A stretch of DNA of 64,000 nucleotides, taken from assembly GCF_964204645.1 (NCBI RefSeq), contig NC_134027.1:11440485-11504484 (forward strand), read 5' to 3'. The DNA is from Tubulanus polymorphus (Eukaryota > Animalia > Nemertea). The position numbers and the translations under genes are program-made. The notes beneath the pieces were generated by a model. It made no database searches. It had not been told where the DNA came from and saw only the letters and a program-made list of their open reading frames with translations. This document shows, piece after piece, positions 23,803-37,955 of the stretch (position 1 is its first letter; each line of letters begins with the position of its first letter).

Positions 23803-26800
23803 CTTGAGTATAGTTTCCTGGATTGAGGTTGTCGCTTTCGTGCACCCCATCAGTGCACACGTGCTTATTCAAGGTTTTCCACGATGTATCCTTTGTTGGA
23901 TCGATCTGGCAAACCTAAACGGAAAAGACAGGTGTTCGAAAGAGAAACTGACAGCCGAAATAAATTGATCTTTTAAATTGCACCAGCTGCAAACCTACCA
24001 CATGATGAACTGTCTCCGGTACGCTATCTTGTCCTTTTAAATCAATCCATGTCGGGAAATACATCAACCTTTCCTGAAATGGAAAATGGAATTTCATTTC
24101 ATCCAACAATTCATTATCTAGAACAATAACGCACTATGATAATCTTAATTCTTAGTCGTTTACGTATCTAGGAAATGAAAATAGAACAAGCACGATCTAA
24201 TACCATTTTACGTAAGGTATTTTCATTTTTGAAAAGTTCAAGTTCATTAATTCTTTTTACCAGATCGAATATCATCTTACATATACAGTTTCTGTAACTC
24301 AAGGATCTTTACATTGGGAGTTCGAATTCAGTAATCATTTTAACCAGACATAGAGAAGTGGATGGCTCCGAATGCCATCACAGCCAACCCTATTGGGACC
24401 ATGCATGGAACTTAAACATGGTTTTTGAAGACTATCAAACTGACAATACTGGAATTCTCTTTTTATGCTTTGGTTAATGGAAAAATCCTGTAATTTTGAG
24501 GTCTGAGAATATTCATATAATACAAACTGACAAATCACTTTTAAGGACTCAAAGTTTATAGATAAATGAACCCACAATTGATATTACAGATTTCTTTTTC
24601 CAATGTTTCAAGGTTTGAACTAAACCTATGAATGAATACAAATTACAACTGCCACTACTGTCAATGAATGTGGCTTAACACCTATGTTACAAACTAGGGG
24701 TCCAGGGACACCATGCCCACTTGGGAAGTGGTTTCAAATGCTCAACAATCTAACAATTTCAATATTCAACGCCCCCTGGTGACCATATACAGAATCCAAT
24801 GACCTTGAAACTCACCACAATCATAGAACATGTCAGCAGTTACGATTTTGTAATTGATTGTGATAACAAAATATGCCTCGTTACCAATTTAATATGGAAA
24901 TACTAAGTCATTCTACTATTCAACGCCCCCTGGTGACCATATTCAAAACCCAATGACCTCGAAACTCACCACAATCATAGAATATGTCACGAACTACAAC
25001 TTTGCAATTGATCATGGTAACAAAATATGCCTAGGTACCTAGGAAATACTAAGTTATTCTACTATTCAACGCCCCCAGGTGACCATATAGAAAAACTTAT
25101 GTCCTTAAAACTCGCAACAATCATAGATGATGTCATGAGCTACAACTTTGCAATTGATTGTGGTTACAAAATATGCATTGATACGAATATAATAAAGAAA
25201 TGCTAAGATATTGTATTATTCAACGCCCCCTGGTGGCCATATACGAAATCCAATTACCTTGAAACTCACCACAATCATAGAACACGTTATGAGCTACAAC
25301 TTTCTAATTGATTGTGGTAGCAAAATACGCTTAGGTATAAATATAATGTGGAAAAACTTTTTCCCACTTACGAATGAGTACTGGTGACACCAAGATGGCC
25401 GCCAATTGCGTCATAATTGGCTGATGAAAAATACCTGTCTCAGGTATAAAACATCCCTTTCCAAAGAATACCCATCACAAATTGTAATGAGAAATGGCAA
25501 ACCAGTAGGAAGCTACAGGACTCAGAATTCGGGCCAAAATTAACATTTTTGGGCACTAAAAAGGTCATAGGACGGCCATCTTGAGTCCGACCGACCCAAT
25601 TTTTGTTATGTTGATGGGCCCTGGGGGATTAACATATATCCGAAAGATCAAGGTAATTGATCAAAGCGTCTTTAAAATTTCCCTCAAAAAGTTCAAAAAT
25701 GTGTAAAAAGTGCTGATTTTAGTGAACAACAATGGCTGCCAGTCGGCCATCTTGATTCTGACAGGGCCAGTTTTTGGGCTGAAGATGTGTCTAGGGTAGA
25801 TACATGTGTAACCCAAATATCAAGACATTACCTTGAAGCGTCTTCAAAACTTCCCAAAATAACTGGATTCCGTCTACGGACGGACGAACGCTATGATGGA
25901 CGACGGACGAAAAGTGAACGCAATAGCCCGCTGGGACTAAAGTCCCAAGTAGGCTAAAAAGTCTGGAAAACTTTTTTGTAACAAAGGTGTTAAGCCACAA
26001 TGGGGGCTTGAGGGTGCTCCCCAAGAAAATTTTCTAATTTGCAGCCCATCAGAACATCTTGAAGCTATTAAAATGTGAAATCAATAAACTACATACATGC
26101 ATTAGTCTACAGTAGTATCTTAGCAGTGTAAGGAAAACTGAGTCAGCAACTCAGTTACAATGAAGGTGGTCTATTTCTAAAAGCCGAGGACTGATATTCG
26201 GGAAGGATGAATGCACAAACAACAAAAGCACACGTTTATTGATGAGCTTATTTCGTAAACGGCATTGAAAATGAATTTCCTCCATGTCCGGACTCCCAAA
26301 TTGGCAATTAAAACTGTCCTGAGAAATTGAAAACTTGGCTGAAACATAACATATGTGGCGGTGACAATCACACAGATATATAGATTTTGAGTTCAAAGAA
26401 TGTTCATCAACAAAATACAGTAGTCGAACTCGTTTACGTCATCATAACTGGGACCATCATTACATTATCAAAATGATGATTTATACTTAGTATATTGAAT
26501 CAGAAATACGAATTGTAACATAAAATTAGTGACAACTTGATCGTGTTAAGACTCATTTGATGACCATCTAACTGAGTTTGACTGTGTTAACGTAGACCGC
26601 CGCTAAAAACTTGTCCCAGTCGTTTAGATACCGGTACTTACAGCCATTTTCTTTACATCAAATGAGTGAAGAGTAGCCGAACAAACAATCATCTGTAGAC
26701 GTTTTCCATCGTTGGTTACTTTTGGAATCTGCTTGTGAATGCGATTGATCAGTTCCCCATATCCAGCGGATAATAGCCCATCCTGAATGCAAATGGAAGT

Positions 26801-29800
26801 GAAAGTATAATAGTAATTTTGTAATAGACATAAAGAAAATGAAATTTCGATAACAATTCCTGATTATGATTATCAAATCAAACTGGTCATTCCTGGATAT
26901 AAGCAGTTTTAAAAGAGTAAATTTCAAATTTCGAAGAAGTGCCCACATTACTTTCGTATCTCAATTAATGTTGACTCCTCCTAAATCGGTACTGTTTATC
27001 TCAGTAAACTGGTAATTTGATGGATTTCAGGGTTTCCAGAGGTAAGGCCAGGGTAAAAAGAAGTACTAAGAAGGACTTTTTCGGCAATTCTAGACCCAGG
27101 GCGCATTTTCGCAATGCCTTCGCCGTAATACTAGTCATGTAGACCAGTCATAAATTCCAGGGTAATTCCATAAGACTTTCCTGTATATTCAATCTTACTG
27201 ACAATTGAATTTACAGGTCTGAGTAATGAATTCCACTTCAACAGTGGAATTCACGACAAAATTGCGCGCGAAAAATACATAAAAATCAAATTTTGAAGGA
27301 CTTTTTTATCAAAAGGAAGGACTTAGAGTCAAAAAGAAGGACAAAGATGATGTTTGTCCAGACTTTTTCCAAACAAAGGACAAAGAAGGACCTGGAGGGA
27401 CTGCTGGAAACCCTAACAAATAATTATCTATCCTTTACACTACTAAACTCAGTCTTAATTAAGTAACCGACCAATTAAGTAACAAAAAGATCCTGCTACC
27501 AAATTAGGCATTGTCTTATGAACAACTTGAACTTCTGAAGTATTTTATTGCCTATTTCTCGAAATTGAAGGAGTTTTAAAGGAGTTTTTTGGCATTTTGC
27601 TCAAATTAAAGGCGTTTCAAGCACCATTAAAAGCGTTTTCTGTTTTGAAGGAGTTTTTAAAGAATCGTGAAGCTGCAGGGACCCTATAGACTTGACTTGA
27701 ATTAGATCTTTTTGGACTGCGATAAATTGTCTGACAAGTTGAACAGTTTTCCAAGCTGTTCAGACCCAAATGGAGATTAGCAAATACATTGACTGACACT
27801 GCATACTAACCGCTTCATCGAGGACGAAAAACCTAACGTTACTCAGTAGTAATGATTCAGTAGATATCAAATCTTCTAAACGTCCAGGAGTGCCACAAAC
27901 TATTTCAACCTTAAAAGGGAGATGAATCAGTGGTTATAAATTTGGAACTTGCAGGAAGATGCATGTTTTCAAAAGAATAGACACATTTTTCTATTTAATT
28001 ATCCATTCAACCAAAAATTCATAGTCTTTACGAATTTTTGATTCAACTCACTCCGTTTTTGAGTGCGGCGATTTGGTCTTTGGCCGCAATACCACCGATA
28101 CAAAGCAGATCACTGTAAAAGAATGAAACATATGTGACTAAATGCATCAGCCATATACTAAAAACGTTACCTCTAACCAAACAGCACCGTAACTTACCTA
28201 ATTTTTCTATCTAAATGTTTCTTGAACTTTTGCACCTGGACATGTGTCTAGAATACAGAACAGATTCGTTTGACTTATTTTCAATCATACCAGACAAATG
28301 TCCGATAATAGAAATAAATCCAATCCGTCTTTTAAACCCTCAACCTGAGGAGCACCATTCCGGAGATTTGGGGATTATAGGTAGATCTAAGCTCTGAAGT
28401 ATATTTTTCTGTTTTGTGGGAGAGGCCATTGTCAGGACAGTTCCCCCTGGAGTTGGACAAAATTCCCCGAACAACGAACCCCAATCGAAAAAAAACCGTC
28501 GCAAATTGCCAAGAATAGAGATAAAATCCAGGGGGCAGTGGTGGCAATTTCCATAGGGAAGTTGTCTAGGGGCTATTTCATCAGAGGCAATTCGCGAAGT
28601 AAATATCAGGGATTTAATTTGACTCGGAGCAATTGTCAAGAGGGTAATTTGATAGGGGGAGGGGGGGGGTATAATTGTGTTAACATGAGAGCGGCCAAAG
28701 CAGAATCCTTCGACCAAGAAACTATGCCGCCCCCATGACCACCAAGGATTGATGAGATCAGATGAACGATGGCTTAAACCACCGAGTCACGGGACCTCTC
28801 TGTATCTGATCTGTAATGAGTACAAGTAAGAGGCGGCTGTTTAAATACCTGTTCGGCTAACTCTCTTGAGGGTTCAATGATGATAGCATACGGAGCATTG
28901 GGAGCTGGGCCCTTCGATACGGCAGCTGTACCAGCTGGAAACAAAATAAAACGCATGTAAAGATATAGCTTTCAAAGTAAAGAGGCACCCGTGACGATAT
29001 CTAGTAATGGCAAAAATAATTTCAACCTCGACTTGGGGCCTGGATCATACCAGCTAATAGATATCAGCAGCACATCGTTCTCCAGGCAGAGTGAATACCG
29101 GAAACAGAGTTTCCATGAAGTTCACTGAAAACCATCCACAGCTGATTGCAACAATTTTTGATATTTTCAAGCTTCACATTCATTTGCAGACAACTTTGTT
29201 GAATACAATGAAAACCTAAACATGGCTTCACCCGACCGTTTTGGAGACTATCGAATTGACGATGCTATAAATTTCTTACACAAACAGATTCTAACCATCT
29301 ACAAACTCCGTTAAAAGAAAATGTTCACGAATACACATACTTGATGACTTTCAAAGAAGCCTGAAAGACTTAAACGTGGCTGAATTTTAAAAGATAACGT
29401 AACTTATCAGCCACAGTTACGTATATGGATTTCAATACATGTACACACACGCTTCACCGGATATAACTAACCTCCAAATGGAGAGTCCGTCGTACATTCT
29501 TTGGGTGCTTTACAAAGCGGTGTGTAGCTAGCAGGAGGATGTTTGAATGGAGATTCACCGAAATTGAATTTCATTTCAGCGTTCTGAAAAAAGAAATAGA
29601 GCAGAAATTCGATAATGTTTGAATTCATTTCCATATTTTATAGATTAAGGGTTATAGGCTATTACGAAAACCGTGTATCTGACCTTGAGAACGACCGCAG
29701 CATGAAATGCAGAATTACGCAGGTGATGCGGAATGTCATACGCTTTTTCAAACTCCACACCTAAATAGAAACCATAAAACTGAACTATAATAAGGACCGC

Positions 29801-32800
29801 ATGAAAAACCCTCATCATATAGGCTATTAAACCGATCATCGTACATACCATTTTTTGACCATTTCACCGTCATCAGGTCCAAGTCAAGGAAACAGCCTAT
29901 AGTGTCGTTCATGGCATACGGCTAAAAACAGAGTAAACACAAATCATTAGGAGGGAAAAAGAAGATTGGAAATAACGTAACAGAAGCCGCTTATCAATGT
30001 AGCCCTAATTGGTTACAGTACCAGCTGAAAAATGTACTACACCACAAATGTAACTTCTCAACAGGGAGAGATAACTGATTTATACTTTAGAGATGTTGTA
30101 GTGAATATTGGCACTAAAGATACTTGTAAAAATAATAATCTATTTATATATATCATAGAAAATATGTGTACATCAACATACCTCTCCATAGGTGTCGAAC
30201 TGTTTCGCGAATGACTTCTTTCCTGTGCCTCCGAAACCGTAGCCTTCTTTATCAGTTCCTAGGTCTAGACGGGCCTTATTGGTCGACCAACCAACGCGAC
30301 ACAGCCCTTCATCGGTGACAGTTCCCTCGAAATAGTATTTCCCTACAATTACATAAAAGATCAAAAGTTTTAACCAGCGGACAGTTAGCATGGTGACAAT
30401 AGAAATTTCATTGTTTCTATGCCTATGGTAGATCTCCTGATGACAGGCGCCAAAATGCGATTTGGACATAATTTCAACTAACAAATTTTGTTCTACTAAG
30501 TATATTCTAAGATTAACCTTTATTGGTAACAGCCTTTGTTGACCTGGTTCCGTGCCATCCCATCGCATCACGACTTTGACACAACAATCCATCGGCATCA
30601 ATTGCCATCGCGTCGCCTCTATCAAACACATTCATCTTCCATTTTTTAGACTTCGCTGAAATACGATCATATAGAAAAACTTATGCTAGGTTATTTGTTT
30701 CACTTAATACTGAACAATAAAGCCAATATACTATTGCAATACCACCAATATTGCTATGCAACAGAGACTTTCTCTGGCGATACAAACCTCCACCACCTTG
30801 ACTTTGTTTCCCTTTACCATCTTGAAGGTCTCTCATCGTTTCATACACAATTTGAATAATTGGCAAACAAAATGCCTGTAAAAATAACGCAATCATTTTC
30901 ATGGTTTATGCATTCATTTCATATAAAATTATACACAGATATCTATGGTAGAACTTGCTTAATTTGGATTTTTCAATCGAGAGTTTCACATAAGTTTGAT
31001 GTTATGTTTGGTTCATTTAACCTGGAACCATGTAAACTATTATTTATGATTCGGATTTTACTTAATTCCACGAAATCTGGGCAGTCCCTAGTCATCTGAA
31101 TCAAGTGAGTTCTGTAAATTGATAATCAATAATTAAACATAATTCAATCATTACCCCTGTTTTTCCGCTGCCAGTTTCAGCTGCCTAAAATATACCAAAA
31201 TAAAAATTTACAATTTTAGTATTTCCTTAACTTTTTGGTCAATTTGGCATCAATATCCCCAACTCGAATTCCACTTAACTCGTTGATTTTTTTTTGGTCC
31301 CAATGAATTCGAGTTAAGCAGTAGTATACTTTAAGATTAACAAGATTATAAAGGATTTAATTCAGGGGGGGATTGACTGGGGGTAATTGTCCAGGGGACA
31401 ATATTGTCCTGATAGGAAGTCTGCTGACTCATACCACAACATAAAGTGGTAGGTACCACTTTCTAATGCCACTAGCAGTATATAGGTCTTAAAACTAGCA
31501 AACACAAAACTCCTGTATACTTGAAACAACATGTGAATGAAAATTACTGTTTGATATAATTTTTTTGATTTCTTGAGAGTGAGCTCTCCGCATCTAAGGG
31601 CTTTAACCCTTTCAGTGCTGACCAATTCATACCCTAAAGTACTGGAGATAATAAGGAAATAACAGGCATACCCCTAGGGCATCTACACTGCTCTACAGTG
31701 TATCATTAGTTACTAATATTAAATTGCGTTTTGACAGGCCTGCCATCTTTCACATCTTTCATTAGAGATAGAATTAATTACTGATTACATTAAGACACTA
31801 TGGTGCGATGTATGAGCTAAGTCCATCAATACAATACACAGCAGAGTTCGATTTACTGAAAGGGTAAAACTGCTAAGAAATAACGACAGGCGGCGCTGAA
31901 TGTTATCGCTGGTCGAAACTTACCATGAGAACATCTCCGCCACCAAGTATCATAGGTATGGCTTCAGCTTGAACATCAGTTGGAAGACTAAAGAAATTAA
32001 TAGAGCACTAAATATAGGCTAACTGTGAATACATCTAATACAGTAGACCCCTCCCTACTCACTACAACCAGTCAACTCGGTGAACTGCCTCCAAGTAAGT
32101 GAATTAATTTGGAAAACCTCCAAGTTCCAAACGCTGTTTCAGGTAAATTTAACATAACGAGAATCCCACAATTCTTCTATGACATCACCAACGCCACGAT
32201 GTGATGAGCAAGGGACTTCCAATTATTGCGGTCTACAGTAAGTTCCTCCAGGAAAGTTAACGTTTCGCTCGGCGTCAACTTAAAATCAAGTTCTATACCC
32301 ACAAGGGCTAGATCGAATCGCACAATAAAAATGAAAAAATAAAAGTAAAAAAATGTTTCCTTGAGCTGGTAGTTTCAACTAGGCCTATATACTAATAGTC
32401 ATCTTTAGGGCTGTATGTACAGTCGTGACTTAAGTCCAAAAGTGGTCTTAAATTTTAAGACTGGTCTTACGGTAAGTCTAAGATGTGACTATGCACCTCG
32501 TTGGCCCCAGGAATATTTGGTGAAATATCTTAAGTCCCAATGCTACAGAGTTAGGCAGATTTTAGGGCTAAATAGTTGGTGTCATTTGAATAAAATGCCA
32601 CAATAATTGATGTGTCATCTAATCATTATCTTACAATCCCATTGTTTGTTTCTGTAGATGGGATTTTGAAAAACGTAATATTTCCTAAACTTTAAGATGA
32701 TATATAGATCGTTGGATTTTATCCAATCTACAGAGGAAATAGGATTAGGCTATATTAGTCTACCATCAACTCGTTATCATCTTTACCTCCAATCCATTTC

Positions 32801-33435
32801 CTCAACGGCCCGTCCAATTTCAGGCATTACGCCCATTTCTGTAATAAACATGATTGGAAAAAATCTACATTCAAAAGCAAAAAAAACAACATTAAATGGT
32901 ACATGTAAAAGAAAGCTGTGATCATTTGGGCGACTCCAACTTTTGATTAGTAAATTATTATCATGATATTAATTGTAATTTAATGAAAAACTGATTTAAG
33001 AATATTAAAAAAACAGGATTTAATTATTTTTCTTTATTTTTCTTTCTATTATTTTTTCTAAGTTGATTGGTTGGAATTCAGGGACAGTGAACCACACAAT
33101 TAGAGTTATTAGTAAATTATCTTTTTAGTAATTTGGTTGGAGAATTTCCCAAAGCCAATTCTGTTGATCAATAAATGGCGACACTTGGAAATGTTGGATC
33201 TCTCCGACAATACAAAGTGAATTTTTGACGGTGCCTTGCAATCGAATTTCGACTTGGTTTTTGACAGCTATCATGTCAACAAAATATCATTTGATTGAAT
33301 TGAGATGAAACGTATTTAGAATAAAGCTGTTTTAAAATATGTAATAGCACAAGAAACCTTTAGCATCAGGCTTTAAGACAGCGATACGATATGAGAAAAT
33401 GTCTGAATGAAAATGTTACCTTCGAAAGCGGTCAT
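23803..33435 (-). CDS. DDX1: ATP-dependent RNA helicase DDX1 (DEAD-box with SPRY insertion), 3'-incomplete in this window
   Basis: GT-AG, phase-consistent exons: 33435-33420, 32838-32787, 31987-31924, 31184-31155, 30875-30788, 30655-30518, 30342-30182, 29921-29849, 29760-29684, 29583-29472, 28934-28849, 28247-28198, 28112-28052, 27909-27811, 26782-26642, 24073-23999, 23914-23803. Peptide [36 protein letters not shown] (GLCRVGWST)..[42 protein letters not shown]. Confidence 0.93.
24691..25960 (-). mobile_element. Helentron-associated non-autonomous element (HINE/DINE-like) with 154-bp tandem array
   Basis: Near-identical inverted copy of 52942-54220; lies in a DDX1 intron. Confidence 0.8.
31607..31864. 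mobile_element. piggyBac-like MITE (diverged)
   Basis: TTAA|CCCTTTCAGTGCTG...ACTGAAAGGG|TAAA. Confidence 0.75.
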
Positions 33436-34882
33436 TTTTCGGCGAAAATGCAATTTTTGAGCGGTAATATCCAACCGGGATGCAAACCGGAAACTCAGAT
33501 TTGGAACTTGTGAGACGAAAGTACCGGTATAGACAATCAATTCAATAAAATCAAGTTCGAGTATGACCGGTTAACTCAGAGTTCTCTCCGAGTCGGGGTT
33601 CGGGCGCGCACTGCGAGACTACGAGTCCGGTATCGTCCTATAGGTGTAAATAAAGCTCGCAGAAATAAATTTTCTATTTTCAAAGGCTTAATATTTTTAT
33701 TATGGCAAATTAGTTCTTTGATTTTTCTTACAGTCTTTTTTGCCCTCCACCACATGAGACACTGAACCGTATGAGTACTACGGCCCCCGGCCAGAGGCCC
33801 TCACTGAGTACTATGCCGCCGATTTCGTTTGCCCAGGATCCATCGCTCTAGGATCATATAGTGTAACCAACCAATCTGTGGTACGCCTACATCAGATCAG
33901 AGTTTCTTGGTGAACGCCAACCCCGACACCAGCCCGGGCTCATTTTGCAACTGGTGGTACCGCGGAGGCTTCGGCTTCGTCAGCCGAAAATTCCTGTGCG
34001 GTCCAAGTTTGACAACTGGTGTCTGGCAATGCAACTGATGCATGGGCCCCTCGGGAAGTTTGGAGCTATTAAAAAAACCGGCCAGGCAACGGTTCATTTG
34101 AGGTGAAAAAGCAGGCAGTAATCACTGCATATGGCACTGCAGTTCTTAATGATTCTAGTAGACTATGGTTGTGAAAAGGAATTTGTAAAAAAATCACATC
34201 TTTTAACTTTTGTCGATATGTCTGCACATCATCAGGAAGAAGTTGTTTAGTGGAGAATCTAGTAAAGCATCTACTAAATTGAAATTTGTAAATGAAAATT
34301 CATACATCGGATGGTTTTGTTGGTTGTCTTTTGAATATCAGACCCACCAAGCCTATGAGAGAACTGCCGTTCCCAGTGAAGGTATCCTCATGTCACAAGA
34401 ACCTCAAAACTGGGCCCTAGATCCACTCAGAGGCCCGGTGCGTGGTTCACCGACGACGCCTGCAATCGATTCCATCGCCTTCCGAAGGCTTGCCACCATC
34501 GATTGGGAAGCCTTGAAATTCTGGACAAAGTTATGAATGTTGTCATACAGTTGGCTATTCGGATTTTTTTCCTTCAGTTAAAATAAAACATCCTGAGATA
34601 ATTGATTCAACATTTTATGGTCTCTTTTGGGCATCTGGTAAGACATGGTTCGGCTCCTGGTGGCTACACTAAGGGTACATCATGGAATCTATCTGATTGA
34701 AGTTAAGACGAAATATGAAATATACAAAGACCTTCTAAAACCCCACGACCACGGATCATGCCGTACCAGCAAAGCAATAGATTTGTAACAAAAATGTAGA
34801 ACATTTTGGAATTTACATCAGATCACACCTAGCACAGCCCCGAGTAACACAGACTTTATGCCGTTAAAGCGATTTTGATTCG

Positions 34883-34889
34883 AAAAAAA
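34883..34889 (-). terminator. Pol III oligo-T terminator of the tRNA-Leu gene
   Basis: T7 run 5 nt downstream of the tRNA 3' end. Confidence 0.8.
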
Positions 34890-34894
34890 GGATA

Positions 34895-35011
34895 TGTCAG
34901 AAGTGGGATTCGAACCCACGCCCACATTCGTGGACCAGAATACTCATAGGCCTGTGATCAGGCAAGGTAGAACCTTGAGTCTGGCGCCTTAGACCGCTCG
35001 GCCATCCTGAC
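34895..35011 (-). tRNA. tRNA-Leu(CAA) with 33-nt intron
   Basis: GTCAGGATGGCCGAGCGGTCTAAGGCGCCAGACTCAAG-[intron 34973-34941]-TTCTGGTCCACGAATGTGGGCGTGGGTTCGAATCCCACTTCTGACA; intact A/B boxes, long variable arm. Confidence 0.95.
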
Positions 35012-35217
35012 AACTGGGAAATATTTACAGAATAGTTATATATAAATCAAATACTATGGCAAAATCGAATAGTTTTTATATAGTCAAAGATATATTGTAT
35101 TGTTATGATCGGAATATGTAGAATTATGCGAAATAAGATTGAAAATAAATGTCATTCGATTTAATTCGTCCGAATCGCTCGCCCTCTGTTGGAGGAATGG
35201 CACATCACTCAGCCAAT

Positions 35218-37332
35218 ATGGCGTCCGCTATACGGAAAAATTTACCCTTCATAAAACAACAATTTTCTGCCGCCCTCGGCAACAGCAGCGTCGTTGTGAA
35301 AGCGATATGCGTGGTAGTATTTCTCGCATACTTTTTGACGTTCAGTTCGTCGGCCGTGTCGGTGCTGGTTGTCACGCCCGGCAAGGTTTTACCGCCGAAT
35401 GTCTGGGCTTGGACTTTCGTCACGTTCAGCTTTATGGAATTGCACATTTGGTTGGTGTTATTAGACATTATCGTCATGGTGCTCTGCGGAAAACTGATCG
35501 AACCGTTGTGGGGCGCGTTGGAAATGCTGATATTTTTCGTCGTCGTCAACTTCTTCGTCGCGGTCGTGACGACGTTTGTGTATCTTTTCATTTATTTCCT
35601 ATCGCGTAACGAAGACTATTTGTTCGATACACAAGTTTACGGCCTCGCCGGTTATTTGGCCGCGTTCGCCGTTTCGGTGAAACAAATAATGCCCGATCAT
35701 ATATTAGTGAATTCGTCGTTCGGCAAATTGCGAAATCGCCACATTCCGTTATTGTTAATAAACGTAGTCATCGTGATTCGACTTTTCGGCGTCGTCGACG
35801 GGCCGTACCCGATCATGTTCGGCACGGGAATCGTCGTCAGTTGGATTTATTTACGATTCTATCAAAAGCATTCGAACGGAAATCGCGGCGACATGGCGGA
35901 TAGCTTTACTTTCGCTAGGTGAGCAGTTTATTCTTAAACGCCTGCCTCGATGATGATGAATCGCATTGGGCTTAGAATGGTACCACAAAATTCTCAGCTT
36001 TTAGTTGCGTTACATGTAACTTGTAACATGATATAAGATGGGCTAAGAGCCAGTGTAGTTCCTGTAATGAAATATAACCTAATGTCTATTTCAACCTGAC
36101 TTGAGAGCATTCTGGGTGGCCTAGCTCGCTCATTTTTGATAGTACATACCTGATAATGGTCTTAGCAGGACCAGAAAGGACAGGCAGTCGACCTAAAACA
36201 TCATTTTTTAATCCATTTGAAACTGTATTGAAGGATATCCAAAAAGTCTTCACTGAAAGGGGTTAAATGAAGAGAAGTGACTCCATGATTTGAAAGTTTA
36301 ACAATATGTCTCCATGCCTACCAACTGAAGTTTGGTGTGTAGGTATGGAGACATATTGGCTGCGATAAAATTCGCCGCGAAAATAACAAACATGTTTGAT
36401 CGGTGCAATTTTCGCATGCGACGGATCGCACGCGAAAAGCGCCTGCAGCCGACCGAACACACTATGAGAATTTTGCTCCGAAATCTGTAATCGCAGACGC
36501 TGTACAAATAAAATCGCATACTGTGTTCGGGACTTAAGTAAGATGAATAGATAATAAGATTTTCATCAGCTACATGTGTGTACATATTTTTTTTCAGCTT
36601 TTTCCCCGAACTGATTCGAACACCGATAGCCGTTCTGTCGAACACCATCTTCAGTTTCTTCGTAAAGATCAAAGTTTGTAAGAAACCGCAACGAAAATAT
36701 GATGTCAGTTCTCCATCGACGATTACTGTTAGTTTACCTGGAACGGATCCGCAGGATTCTGAACGTCGCAGGTAAAAACTGATTTGACATCTCTTCTTTC
36801 ATGCTCAGTTCCTCACTCAAGGTTTAGGCTGTCTTCTCTTGATAAAACAGGCCTGTAGCCAGTAGGTGCAACTTTCGTGAAAGTGTACCTTGGATTTATC
36901 CTGGAATAATCGTTCAACGATTATTCTAAGGTTTCACGACATCGACTAAACCGAAATTGCGAGCACTGAAGGCAGGGATCTCTCTGTGGGGTCATCTCGG
37001 GCCTGTCCCAGAAAATTTTGGGAAAATAATCATAAGGATTCTGGGATTTCTATTTATGATTATTTATTTATTGCAGACAATTAGCGTTGAAAGCGTTGAA
37101 CGAACGATTGAGCAAACAGGAACAACCCGCGCAGTGGCCTTCGATGGACGATATACCGGAATCTCCGACACCTTCCGTTCCTTCTGTTACGACGACGGCA
37201 GCGAATCCGGAATCGCCCGTGCCCGCGCCGGTACCGGAGTTCAAACTGAACATGAAAGAGTTGGATCTGCCCGTCGCCGGCAATGAAGGTCGAACAGTCG
37301 GCGATGAACAAACGACGACCGTAACTATTTAA
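35218..37332 (+). CDS. TMEM115: transmembrane protein 115
   Basis: Exons 35218-35918, 36598-36771, 37077-37332 (376 aa); in-frame upstream ATGs at 35149 and 35197 are alternative starts. Motifs GKLIEPLWGALEM, VSWIYLRFYQKHSNGNRGDMADSFTFASFFP, LPGTDPQDSERRRQLALKALNERL. Confidence 0.92.
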
Positions 37333-37955
37333 GGCCGCTACGCACCAGCGCTCCGACGACGTCATCGTTTCGAAGAATAAGACATACTGCTTGAAAACTC
37401 GGTCCGCGATTTCTGAAATGTGATCTCAAAAGCACGAGCTGTTGGAACGATAGAATTGAATATTTTTAAATTGCAGGTGATTCGGCTAGACTGAATTTAG
37501 AAAGTTATGAAGTTATGCGTATACAATCGTTGACATGATGGTTCCGCGTTACAGTGAACTTCAGGGGGCCAGAAAATCTGCTCGTTTCATGCCTGATACG
37601 GCAGGTTATTACAGTCAAAGTCATTGATAATACCACTGTTGGGGCCATTGAAAAATATGGCGTTATAACAAATTTAAACCACGGATGACAGCTTAATCTA
37701 ATAACGTGCGCGAATCATGTCTCTGATTCGGTCCGTTTTAGATCCGGGTACGGATAGAATCTGAACGGCCTAGCCGTCGAAAGTGTGAATGCAGAACACT
37801 GCTAGCACGTCAACTGTGTGAAAACCTTGTGAAATAAATGCACCTTAATCCTATGAATCCTTAAACCGGGTTGAAATATCTACGCAAAGACAAGACGTAA
37901 TGAATTTCCATTTTAGGCCGAGTTTTAACGGTTGGATTGAATAACTCCTTTACTA

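Noticed and set aside
24761-25330. Regularly spaced repeats resembling a CRISPR array
   Set aside because: Whole 154-bp units repeat with no unique spacers; eukaryotic context and no cas genes.
28750-28811. TGATGA...CTGA, C/D snoRNA-like boxes
   Set aside because: Antisense to the DDX1 host intron and no guide complementarity recognised.
33733-34580. GC-richer, coding-looking segments upstream of DDX1
   Set aside because: Stops in all frames and no family recognised; may be a decayed element.
35139-35609. Alternative-frame and antisense ORFs over TMEM115 exon 1
   Set aside because: Shadow ORFs of a GC-rich coding exon.
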